Shown piece after piece: positions 1 through 6,857 of a stretch of DNA of 40,083 nucleotides. Location of the stretch: IMG/VR virus record IMGVR_UViG_3300005077_000081, positions 1-40,083 of that record; one strand, written 5' to 3'. The notes under the pieces are model-generated. The model was not told the origin of the DNA. It did no database searches and saw only the letters and a program-made list of their open reading frames with translations. The stretch's first letter is position 1. Every line of letters begins with the position of its first letter. This stretch comes from a virus (taxonomy: Duplodnaviria; Caudoviricetes). Position numbers and translations under genes: made by a program.

Positions 1-507
1 AATAATTGCACGTTTACAAACAATCTTGCAGTAACCGGTGGCGCGGTTTACGCGTCTTTAAACTGCAACGTTTTTTGTAGAAACACAATCTTTTTTAACG
101 ATGACGCGCAAGAAGCAAAAGAAATAGCCGTAAGAAACGCAGGAGATCTTAACATAGACAACAGCACGATAAAAACCGGCCCTGAATTCGTACAAATCAG
201 TCAAGATACAATCTTATATATTGGAGTAAACATAAACGAAGATGACCCAATTTTCGGAGCTAATTATCATTTAACAATTAGATCCCCTTGTATAAACGCA
301 GGGAACAATGCATATGCAAAAACACCGAAGGACGTTGACGGCGAAAGGCGAGTTTATCAAATCGTAGATCAAGGGTACGATGAAAGGCTTCCAACTTCAA
401 TGCCTATGGAGGCAAACGTAATGAAAAACCTTGTTCCAATCACAGATATAAATTCATCTGCAAACAAAATTAAGTATAAGAAACTCGAAAAGGAAGCAAG
501 CAAATGA
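1..507 (+). CDS. Partial (5'-truncated) right-handed beta-helix / choice-of-anchor-Q-like protein
   Basis: Frame 1 is open from the window edge to TGA 505-507 and reads NNCTFTNNLAVTGGAVY...YHLTIRSPCINAG...DVDGERR...VDQGYDE, the usual C-terminal signature of this family. Not in the ORF track. Confidence 0.8.
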   Translation, partial: NNCTFTNNLAVTGGAVYASLNCNVFCRNTIFFNDDAQEAKEIAVRNAGDLNIDNSTIKTGPEFVQISQDTILYIGVNINEDDPIFGANYHLTIRSPCINAGNNAYAKTPKDVDGERRVYQIVDQGYDERLPTSMPMEANVMKNLVPITDINSSANKIKYKKLEKEASK

Positions 508-614
508 GCGAAAAGGAAAAAATAAAAAGGCTGTATATTGCGTTTCTTGCTACAGGCGCTTTAGCTTTTGTTATTAGCTTTGCAAATTGCATATTAATCC
601 TTTCGAGGTCATAA
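504..614 (+). CDS. Small single-TM membrane protein (36 aa)
   Basis: ATGA overlap with the upstream stop; MSEKEKIKRLYIAFLATGALAFVISFANCILILSRS; stop lies 1 nt before the next ATG. Confidence 0.6.
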   Translation: MSEKEKIKRLYIAFLATGALAFVISFANCILILSRS

Positions 615-615
615 A

Positions 616-2166
616 ATGAAATATTTTAATTGGCGTTACTGGGCATATTGGAAAAATGGACAATTCGACGAAATGGCGTTGGCGATTTTCATGCTGTCCG
701 TGGTGCTCGCATCATTTTTTCTGACGAGATCGGCGATAGGGCAAGAATTGAAAACAAAGTATTATTTGAAAGCTGGCGAGTGTAGTTTTCAGGACGCGCT
801 TAATTCGCTGCCGGATGGAGCGACACTTTACACGGAAGGAGTGTTTTATGACGGGTTCAAAATTAACAAGAGAGTCTACGACAAAGGGATTATTATCGAC
901 GGTGGAGGTAAGACTCTACTATTCGGGTATTCAGGATCTTATGACAGAGATAAAGGACTCATACAATTCAATGATAGCGTCGGCTCATCTGTTACGGAAT
1001 CGTATAACCCAGCTCGACACTATTTTCTCGCAAACTGGAATACCCTCACAATCATGGATAGCCACAACGTCACCGTCAAAAACCTCGAAGTGTGGGGCGG
1101 GTGCTCTGAGTCCATCTCGCTCAACGACTCGTACCCGGAAATCGGGCTCAAAAACATCACGCTCGAAAACGTAACGGCGCTCTATGGTGGTAGTCGCGGG
1201 CTGTTTTGCGGCGGGCATTGGGGCGATGGGATCACACTCAAAAACTGCAAAATATCGGAGGTATGCTATGGCGACACCACGCACTGTGTTTATTTCAGCG
1301 GTGGTCACTGGGATGGAAAGTACCCTGGATTCTCGGGAATTAGAATCCTTGCTACAGAAGTTTCGTATTCTGGCGGTAGACATTGCATACAATTTAACGG
1401 GAGATTCTCTGGCGTTGAGGTTGAAGGATGTACACTGCGTCACGGGCAACTCGCCGGAATCTCATCGATCGGAGTTCAAAATGCTGTTTTCCGTAACAAC
1501 ACCATTTACGGATGCAACCGGCAATGCATCGTGATCTACGAGGACGGCGACGACGACGGCGACTGGGACGATCCGAACTTTGTGAGCTGGTGGAAGTCCT
1601 GCCACTGGCCGAACAAGAATCTGTTGATCGAGAATAACACCCTCGTCGTCGGGCCGAAGCGGTGGAAATACGATCAGTGGCATGGAGACGATCCGAAGAA
1701 CCACTCGGCCATCCTCGTGAACAACCCGATCCATCATATCCGGCCTGGCATCGAGTTCAGGAACGAGAACATCGTGATCCGCAACAACGTGATCTGGCAA
1801 CCGAAGCAAGAAGGGTGGCTCGACATCTACCACGATCAAGAGGCGAACGCGCTCACCGTGGCGGGTAACTGGATCTGGACTCCGAGCGGGCATTCCGGGA
1901 TCGCCAAGGCAGGGAAGTATCACTGGACGGAAGATTGGGAAAAGATCTATCCCGGCAGCGTGTACGCGAACCAATTTATCGATCCGAAGTTCTCAAAGCC
2001 GCCAACCTATAGCGACGAGGTGAACACCAGCGCAAGCCCGCTCTACTGGTTCGGGCGCGACTTCGAGAGTAAGGCGAACCTGTTTTCTTTACCGGCGGCG
2101 CTGTCTGGCAAGGGCGCGAAGCTTCAGCCGGTGAAGTGGACGCCGAACGTGATGAAGGAGAAGTAG
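616..2166 (+). CDS. Secreted or membrane-anchored right-handed parallel beta-helix (pectin-lyase-like) protein
   Basis: Hydrophobic N-terminal segment (ALAIFMLSVVLASFFL..AIG-Q), SFQDALN..PDGAT cap, repeated beta-helix rungs (NVTVKNLEV, NITLENVT, NAVFRNNTI, NLLIENNTL, NIVIRNNVI). Confidence 0.8.
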   Translation: MKYFNWRYWAYWKNGQFDEMALAIFMLSVVLASFFLTRSAIGQELKTKYYLKAGECSFQDALNSLPDGATLYTEGVFYDGFKINKRVYDKGIIIDGGGKTLLFGYSGSYDRDKGLIQFNDSVGSSVTESYNPARHYFLANWNTLTIMDSHNVTVKNLEVWGGCSESISLNDSYPEIGLKNITLENVTALYGGSRGLFCGGHWGDGITLKNCKISEVCYGDTTHCVYFSGGHWDGKYPGFSGIRILATEVSYSGGRHCIQFNGRFSGVEVEGCTLRHGQLAGISSIGVQNAVFRNNTIYGCNRQCIVIYEDGDDDGDWDDPNFVSWWKSCHWPNKNLLIENNTLVVGPKRWKYDQWHGDDPKNHSAILVNNPIHHIRPGIEFRNENIVIRNNVIWQPKQEGWLDIYHDQEANALTVAGNWIWTPSGHSGIAKAGKYHWTEDWEKIYPGSVYANQFIDPKFSKPPTYSDEVNTSASPLYWFGRDFESKANLFSLPAALSGKGAKLQPVKWTPNVMKEK

Positions 2167-2446
2167 GATGACATCAATAAAAGGAAAGTGCATTCGATGC
2201 GGCAAGGATCTTCCTACGGCACCAGCACACTTCCCATATTGCTCTTACTGCTGCAATGAAGCGGAAGAACAATTAGAACAAAACCAAGCCACGGGCTGGT
2301 TTTGTCCGAGGTGTGGAGCGGTAAACGCGCCATGGGTTGGGCAGTGTTCGTGCTCCGGGCTTCGATACAAGATCGACTATCAAACCGGGGATCATGGGCC
2401 GCCGGAAACCAAGATTATCAGTCGGCCCGAAGGAGAAGTAGGATGA
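2154..2446 (+). repeat. 18-bp exact direct repeat GAAGGAGAAGTAGGATGA at 2154-2171 and 2429-2446
   Basis: Read directly; each copy holds an SD and a start codon, and the pair brackets ORF 2168-2446. Confidence 0.9.
2168..2446 (+). CDS. Small zinc-finger protein
   Basis: CIRC..CSYCC and GWFCPRCGAVNAPWVGQCSC motifs; SD GAAGGAG upstream. Confidence 0.7.
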   Translation: MTSIKGKCIRCGKDLPTAPAHFPYCSYCCNEAEEQLEQNQATGWFCPRCGAVNAPWVGQCSCSGLRYKIDYQTGDHGPPETKIISRPEGEVG

Positions 2447-2805
2447 GAAAGGAGGAGGGCAAGGTGTGTGAACACCCTTGTAATAAAATAAAGACATATG
2501 GAAGACTAATACACTGGTGTAGCGCTTGTGGGGCAACAAAGCTAATAGGTAGACGCAGCATGGACTGGCGATATCCACCAGACAACGTGGACGCGCTGTC
2601 GGACAAGCTTCTTGAGGAAACCATTTATCCTGTCATATATAGCAACGGGAAAGGGCGGATAGTCTCCTTCACAGAGAAGGGTACGAATCTTGTATGCATA
2701 ACACGGAAGGGCAATTTATCTGACGCGCTGCGCGAGGCGCTGAAGCTGTGTAACAAAGTAACCAAGATAGAGGACAGAAAGGAGAAAGGAAATGGACATC
2801 GATAG
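2443..2805 (+). CDS. Hypothetical protein with N-terminal CxH...WCxxCG zinc motif
   Basis: Start moved to ATG 2443 (ATGA overlap, SD GAAGGAG). Confidence 0.65.
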   Translation: MRKEEGKVCEHPCNKIKTYGRLIHWCSACGATKLIGRRSMDWRYPPDNVDALSDKLLEETIYPVIYSNGKGRIVSFTEKGTNLVCITRKGNLSDALREALKLCNKVTKIEDRKEKGNGHR

Positions 2806-3130
2806 CATGACGATTGGAGAGGCGAAGAGACTATGTGACTTGTTCGGATCACAGAGAAGGCGGGAAACGCCATTCAAGCCCGGAGAGGCGTACCTGATCC
2901 GAACCGTCACCATGACATGGACCGGCCGAGTCAATCGGGTGATCGGTGATTTCATCGTGATAGACAATGCCGCGTGGATTGCCGACACGGGAAGATTTAG
3001 CGAGGCTATCGCTAGCGGCATAGAAAAACTGAACGAAGTTGAACCTGTAGATGGGCCGGTTTTTATCGGACTAGGGGCAATAGTTGACGCGGTGCAGTGG
3101 AATCACGTCCTACCAAGAGAGGTGAAGTGA
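2792..3130 (+). CDS. Conserved phage small beta-barrel protein (DUF6948-like)
   Basis: PFKPGEAYLIRTVTMTWTGRV...AAWIADTGRFSEAI...EVEP pattern recalled from phage hypothetical proteins; strong SD. Confidence 0.7.
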   Translation: MDIDSMTIGEAKRLCDLFGSQRRRETPFKPGEAYLIRTVTMTWTGRVNRVIGDFIVIDNAAWIADTGRFSEAIASGIEKLNEVEPVDGPVFIGLGAIVDAVQWNHVLPREVK

Positions 3131-3252
3131 TGAACGCGGCGATTATGAGAGTCGGATATGAGCGGTCGCGGTCGCGGTCGTGGTCGCGGTCGCGGTCGTG
3201 GTCGCGGTCGGGGTCGTGGTCGCGGTCGGGGTCGTGGTCGCGGTCGGGGTAG
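3130..3252 (+). CDS. 40-aa Arg/Trp/Gly-Ser dipeptide-repeat peptide
   Basis: TGATG coupling to the upstream gene; MNAAIMRVGYERSRSRSWSRSRSWSRSGSWSRSGSWSRSG, with TAG immediately after the repeat. Confidence 0.65.
   Translation: MNAAIMRVGYERSRSRSWSRSRSWSRSGSWSRSGSWSRSG
3163..3249 (+). repeat. Tandem hexamer repeat (C/T/G)GGTCG, about 14.5 units
   Basis: Read directly; only the first base of each unit varies. Confidence 0.95.
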
Positions 3253-3293
3253 TTGTAGAAACATTATCAGATAGAGCACAGAAAGGAGAAATT

Positions 3294-3605
3294 ATGAATA
3301 AGAGTTTGAAAGAAACTTTGATGCATGAATTTGGATCAAGGCTTCCAGCATCAATTAGCGACTGGCTTGACAAGCCAGGAGTTGTAACAGGAGAAGACCT
3401 TGAAGAGTTTGGCAAGGGGTTGGCAAGCTTTGGATATGTTGTTGCAAATTCAATTTCACAAAGCGAAGAGGAAACCACCCTTGAACTTGACGTAAACAAG
3501 GCAAGAATTGCCGTAACAAAGTTAAACAGAGCGGCAATCCGATCAAATACAACGCCAGTTATAAAACTCATTGTAACAAGAAAACAAATGAACGAACTAA
3601 TTTAA
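3294..3605 (+). CDS. Hypothetical protein
   Basis: Start moved to ATG 3294 behind AAAGGAG; the upstream VAVAVV extension in the track is just the hexamer repeat. Confidence 0.7.
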   Translation: MNKSLKETLMHEFGSRLPASISDWLDKPGVVTGEDLEEFGKGLASFGYVVANSISQSEEETTLELDVNKARIAVTKLNRAAIRSNTTPVIKLIVTRKQMNELI

Positions 3606-3616
3606 GGAATAAAAAT

Positions 3617-3731
3617 GGGCGGCGGGACGAACGATCTTTGACAACCTTGGCGGCTTGCACGGGTATGCCGAGACGGGAATCCTTACCAGAACAATAACGC
3701 GCTGTTAATCGTTTTAACTACTGGGCCGCCC
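3617..3731 (+). ncRNA. Candidate structured RNA or leader
   Basis: GGGCGGC 3617-3623 pairs with GCCGCCC 3725-3731; inner AACGAT/ATCGTT and CTTGGC/GCCGAG helices; T-rich tail follows. Confidence 0.4.
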
Positions 3732-3760
3732 TTCTTTTCAACTTATAAAGGAACTAATTC

Positions 3761-3964
3761 ATGGAAGAAGAACAGATGATGTTGTGGTTTCTATATGATC
3801 CCTATAATTCAACGTCTATTAATCCTGTAACCGATGTTTATTATGATACTGCGGTTTGGATTAACGAAAATATTGCCAAAGGAAATGAGCGAACGGTTGC
3901 ACTTAGAAAATTACTTGAATCAAGAGACGCCGCAATCCGCGCACAAATTAACCCTGGAAGATGA
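3761..3964 (+). CDS. Small helical-hairpin protein, Acb2/Tad1-like; candidate nucleotide-signal sponge
   Basis: F.Y motif near the N-terminus and C-terminal ERTVALRKLLESRDAAIRA; SD AAAGGA. Confidence 0.55.
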   Translation: MEEEQMMLWFLYDPYNSTSINPVTDVYYDTAVWINENIAKGNERTVALRKLLESRDAAIRAQINPGR

Positions 3965-4008
3965 ACTCGCAGGTTTGCGCTAGGGTCTTTTTTAAAGGAG
4001 AATATAAG

Positions 4009-4383
4009 ATGAACGCAAGAGAAGCACTATTCGGATTTATCGCGTGGCTTACATCGCGAGAAGAGAGTATAATGGTCGGCTCAAAACACACCGTATATGA
4101 CATTTTTGATTTATTAGTCGAATGGGCCGATGCAAACAATCTGCCACAAACAACAAAAGATTACCCGAACAATATACGGCATACAAAGGAGTTGAAACAC
4201 GAACTGAAAAGGGTACACAGGATTTATTATCTTCGCCTTGAGCGCTTCAAGCCTGCTTTATCGGAACTGCTTGGCGAGTATGAAAATCGGAAATGTCAAT
4301 TCGGCAATGACTATTTGTGGCAAAAGCACGAGCGGGAAGAAGTGATCGAAGCCGCCAAGAAGTTGCTGGAGGCAGATTCATGA
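4009..4383 (+). CDS. Hypothetical protein
   Basis: Start moved to ATG 4009 behind AAAGGAG (MNAREALFGFIAWLTSR). Confidence 0.7.
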   Translation: MNAREALFGFIAWLTSREESIMVGSKHTVYDIFDLLVEWADANNLPQTTKDYPNNIRHTKELKHELKRVHRIYYLRLERFKPALSELLGEYENRKCQFGNDYLWQKHEREEVIEAAKKLLEADS

Positions 4384-4961
4384 CCTGGAGCAAAAAACGC
4401 GCAATAGAGGTTTACAGATTGCTCTGCGAAGATCCATGCTTCGATGGCGATTTAAGGTATGACGACATCGCGGCAGAGATGGTTTATGTAAAATATGCGC
4501 CAACGCTGGACAAGGCTGTGAGTTTTCTTGAATCCTGGAACTGCTGGACAGAAGATGACACGGCGCGTGATTTTGCAAAGAAGGTTAGAAGGTTAGAAGG
4601 TTCAGGTAAAGGAGGAGCCATGAGCGAGGAGATTAGGTGCGCGTACTGCGGTTCAGATTTAATATTCAGCATGGAAGAGTTGGAGAAAGAGAACGGAAGA
4701 AACGAAGAAGTGTATTATTGGGAATGCATCACATGTGGGACAAAGTGCACTGGGTTTGAGTCAACCGAAGACAGGGAGGCCCACGCTCGCGGCCACCTGG
4801 AGGCGATGCTGGATCAGCTGGTGAATAATGGATGCAGGATAATTATCGACGAAAACGGCACGCTTGTTACGCTCATCGAAGAGCCCGCAGACATAGGGGA
4901 TGATTTGGATTGTCGCGCCGCAGTCGAGGCCGCGCTGAAGGAGGTGGAGGGCGCACCATGA
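4380..4961 (+). CDS. Hypothetical protein with C-terminal zinc ribbon; probable second in-frame start at 4620
   Basis: ATGA overlap at 4380; internal AGGAGG-ATG at 4610-4622 precedes CAYCGS...WECITCG. Confidence 0.6.
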   Translation: MTWSKKRAIEVYRLLCEDPCFDGDLRYDDIAAEMVYVKYAPTLDKAVSFLESWNCWTEDDTARDFAKKVRRLEGSGKGGAMSEEIRCAYCGSDLIFSMEELEKENGRNEEVYYWECITCGTKCTGFESTEDREAHARGHLEAMLDQLVNNGCRIIIDENGTLVTLIEEPADIGDDLDCRAAVEAALKEVEGAP

Positions 4962-5197
4962 AGTTCAGAAAGGATAATCGGATCTTATGTGGACAAGACT
5001 GTCGATATTATCACGGCATACCAAGCGGCGTAGATTTCAAAGTGGAGCGGTTCGGCCATGGCTATAAGCTCACAGCCCATGGATATGGCGTGCATGGTTA
5101 TCGAGGATCGTATGGGAACGGTGCGCTGTATGTTATGAGGCTTAATTCGAAACAGCGGGCACGGTTCGAGACCGCACTAAAGGAGTGGCAAAAATGA
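4958..5197 (+). CDS. Hypothetical protein (Gly/Tyr-rich)
   Basis: ATGA overlap with SD GGAGG; MKFRKDNRILCGQDC...GYGVHGYRGSYGNGALYV. Confidence 0.65.
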   Translation: MKFRKDNRILCGQDCRYYHGIPSGVDFKVERFGHGYKLTAHGYGVHGYRGSYGNGALYVMRLNSKQRARFETALKEWQK

Positions 5198-5457
5198 GCA
5201 TCAGAAACGCGTTGATTGAATATTGCGAGGCTACAATAAAATCAGCGGAAGAAATGTTGACAGGTAAATTAACGCTGCGAGATATTGAGTACAGAATCAT
5301 CGTTGAAAGGTTAAAAATGATCGCGGGTGAACTGAAAGAAAAATTAGAAAAACTCGAAAAAAGACTTGACGAAGACGGGTTTATAATTGTATTATGCAAT
5401 AATAATGCGGTAGGAAAAATCAAATCAGAGTTATTTGAAAATAAACAGCAAGATTAA
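5185..5457 (+). CDS. Hypothetical protein (coiled-coil)
   Basis: Overlaps the upstream stop; the likely start is ATG 5194 behind AAGGAG. Confidence 0.6.
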   Translation: MAKMSIRNALIEYCEATIKSAEEMLTGKLTLRDIEYRIIVERLKMIAGELKEKLEKLEKRLDEDGFIIVLCNNNAVGKIKSELFENKQQD

Positions 5458-5557
5458 AAAGCGTCATGTCAAGCCGACGATTAATAATCAAAATGTTTAC
5501 TTCTGCAAGGCACAGAGGCTAAATACCGCTTGTCATGGCGTAATAAAATGAAAAATC

Positions 5558-6034
5558 ATGGGAATAAAATTCGAAGACCTCCCGAAAACAATGCAAGAAA
5601 GAGTATTGGAAACTCTAAAAAAAGAAAAAGAATCGCTGAAACGTGGATTCGATACTCAAATAGAGGAATCGAAAAAATTAAACCGATCTTCAACGATGAA
5701 ATGCTTATTGATGGAGGGTATTGAAAACTTTGATTCGACTACAGAAAAAAGATATTATGCCGCATTGAAAGAAAGAATAGCAAATAAAGAAATAGTCGCA
5801 TTCAGATATCACAGAGAAAAGTTTGTTATAGGAAAACAAGGAAGCGGATTTATCTATTATACTCCAGATTTTCAAGTGTTGCATAATGATGGAACAAAAG
5901 AACAGGTTGAAATAAAAGGCGGTTTCATTAGAGACGCGGCACTTGTAAGATTCAGAACGGCTAAAATGTTATATCCAGAATATAAATGGACGATGATAAA
6001 ATATGAAAACAAGAAATTCACAATAAAGGAATAA
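5558..6034 (+). CDS. PD-(D/E)XK nuclease (DUF1064-like)
   Basis: FDSTTEKRYY...YTPDFQV...VEIKG catalytic motifs. Confidence 0.8.
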   Translation: MGIKFEDLPKTMQERVLETLKKEKESLKRGFDTQIEESKKLNRSSTMKCLLMEGIENFDSTTEKRYYAALKERIANKEIVAFRYHREKFVIGKQGSGFIYYTPDFQVLHNDGTKEQVEIKGGFIRDAALVRFRTAKMLYPEYKWTMIKYENKKFTIKE

Positions 6035-6114
6035 GCAATCAATGCGTACTTTCCTTCGCTTTAGACAATTCTATACACTCGCATTAACCCCCAAACCACA
6101 AGCGCATTGATTGC
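6035..6114 (+). ncRNA. Long-stem/large-loop element B
   Basis: 12-bp perfect inverted repeat GCAATCAATGCG (6035-6046) / CGCATTGATTGC (6103-6114); 56-nt G-poor loop beginning TACTTTCCTT. Confidence 0.6.
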
Positions 6115-6158
6115 ATAAATAAAGCTGGCGTTGCCAGATTACTCTTTTACATCAACAC

Positions 6159-6241
6159 GCTTGCCGCGCATTGAGGGCTATTTAATTGTGGATAGTAAAC
6201 GAAGAAATGTAACGGAAACCGCAAGTCAATGCGCGGCAAGC
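6159..6241 (+). ncRNA. Long-stem/large-loop element C
   Basis: 16-bp perfect inverted repeat GCTTGCCGCGCATTGA (6159-6174) / TCAATGCGCGGCAAGC (6226-6241); 51-nt purine-rich loop. Confidence 0.6.
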
Positions 6242-6264
6242 ACTTTTTATTAAGGAGAAAAAAA

Positions 6265-6558
6265 ATGGAAAAGCACAATAGCAAATTAACAATTGAAACA
6301 CTCCAAAAAATAGCAAAAGCCGCCGTTGACATACAACCCAAAAAAGGCTCGCAAATATTATCAATAACAATTGACAAAAAGGTTGTAGATTGCGGTATAA
6401 GAATTTTAATAAGCTCAAGCGCGTTTAAAAAAATATTCCCTGCTTCATCAAGATCATTAAGCATTTCAGATAAATCAGAATATTATAGATATTATGCTGA
6501 AATCGAAAATGCCGAAATCGTAGCGTATGAGCTTGCAAAAGAAGCGCCCTTAGCTTAA
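6265..6558 (+). CDS. Hypothetical protein; 3' end overlaps the tRNA
   Basis: Start moved to ATG 6265 behind TAAGGAG. Confidence 0.65.
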   Translation: MEKHNSKLTIETLQKIAKAAVDIQPKKGSQILSITIDKKVVDCGIRILISSSAFKKIFPASSRSLSISDKSEYYRYYAEIENAEIVAYELAKEAPLA

Positions 6559-6619
6559 AGGTAAAAGCAGCCGCCTCATAAGCGGAAGATCGAAGGTTCA
6601 AATCCTTCAGGGCGCACCA
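6544..6619 (+). tRNA. tRNA with CAT anticodon, most likely Ile2 (lysidine-modified); elongator Met is the alternative
   Basis: 76-nt cloverleaf: acceptor GCGCCCT/AGGGCGC, D-arm GCTT/AAGC with GG, anticodon loop CTCATAA, T-arm GAAGG-TTCAAAT-CCTTC, discriminator A, encoded CCA. Confidence 0.93.
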
Positions 6620-6650
6620 AAAATTGCGATAATTATGAGGGGTTATTGAA

Positions 6651-6851
6651 ATGAAAAAATATCTTTGTTTTGTGTATGATCGTCATTATCCCTGTGGAGG
6701 GTTTAACGATTTTATCGGTGAGGCAGACTCAATTGAAGAGGCGAAGAAAATGTGTATTTATGATGACGATAATCTCGAAGTGCAAATAATCGACATAGAA
6801 AATAATTACGATGAGGTTTGTTGTTGCAATGCTATTGATTTAAGAGGTTAA
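6651..6851 (+). CDS. Conserved phage hypothetical protein (YPxGG motif)
   Basis: KYLCFVYDRHYPCGGFNDF..SIEEA; SD GAGGGG. Confidence 0.75.
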   Translation: MKKYLCFVYDRHYPCGGFNDFIGEADSIEEAKKMCIYDDDNLEVQIIDIENNYDEVCCCNAIDLRG

Positions 6852-6857
6852 TAAATT

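Larger units (their letters stand above)
2765..3291 (+). repeat. 23-bp direct repeat AGATAGAG(G/C)ACAGAAAGGAGAAA at 2765-2787 and 3269-3291 (22/23 identical)
   Basis: Read directly; both copies contain the RBS of the following gene. Confidence 0.9.

Noticed and set aside
3163-3249. Repeat array as a possible CRISPR or guide array
   Set aside because: Units are 6 bp with no spacers; it is a coding microsatellite.
3143-3293. Track ORFs reading the hexamer array as VAVAVV (+) or TTTPTA (-)
   Set aside because: No RBS; these are shadow frames of the repeat. The coupled start at 3130 and the SD-led start at 3294 explain the region better.
6544-6619. tRNA as a prophage attachment site
   Set aside because: It is complete, embedded among phage genes on both sides, and no duplicated 3' fragment or integrase is seen.
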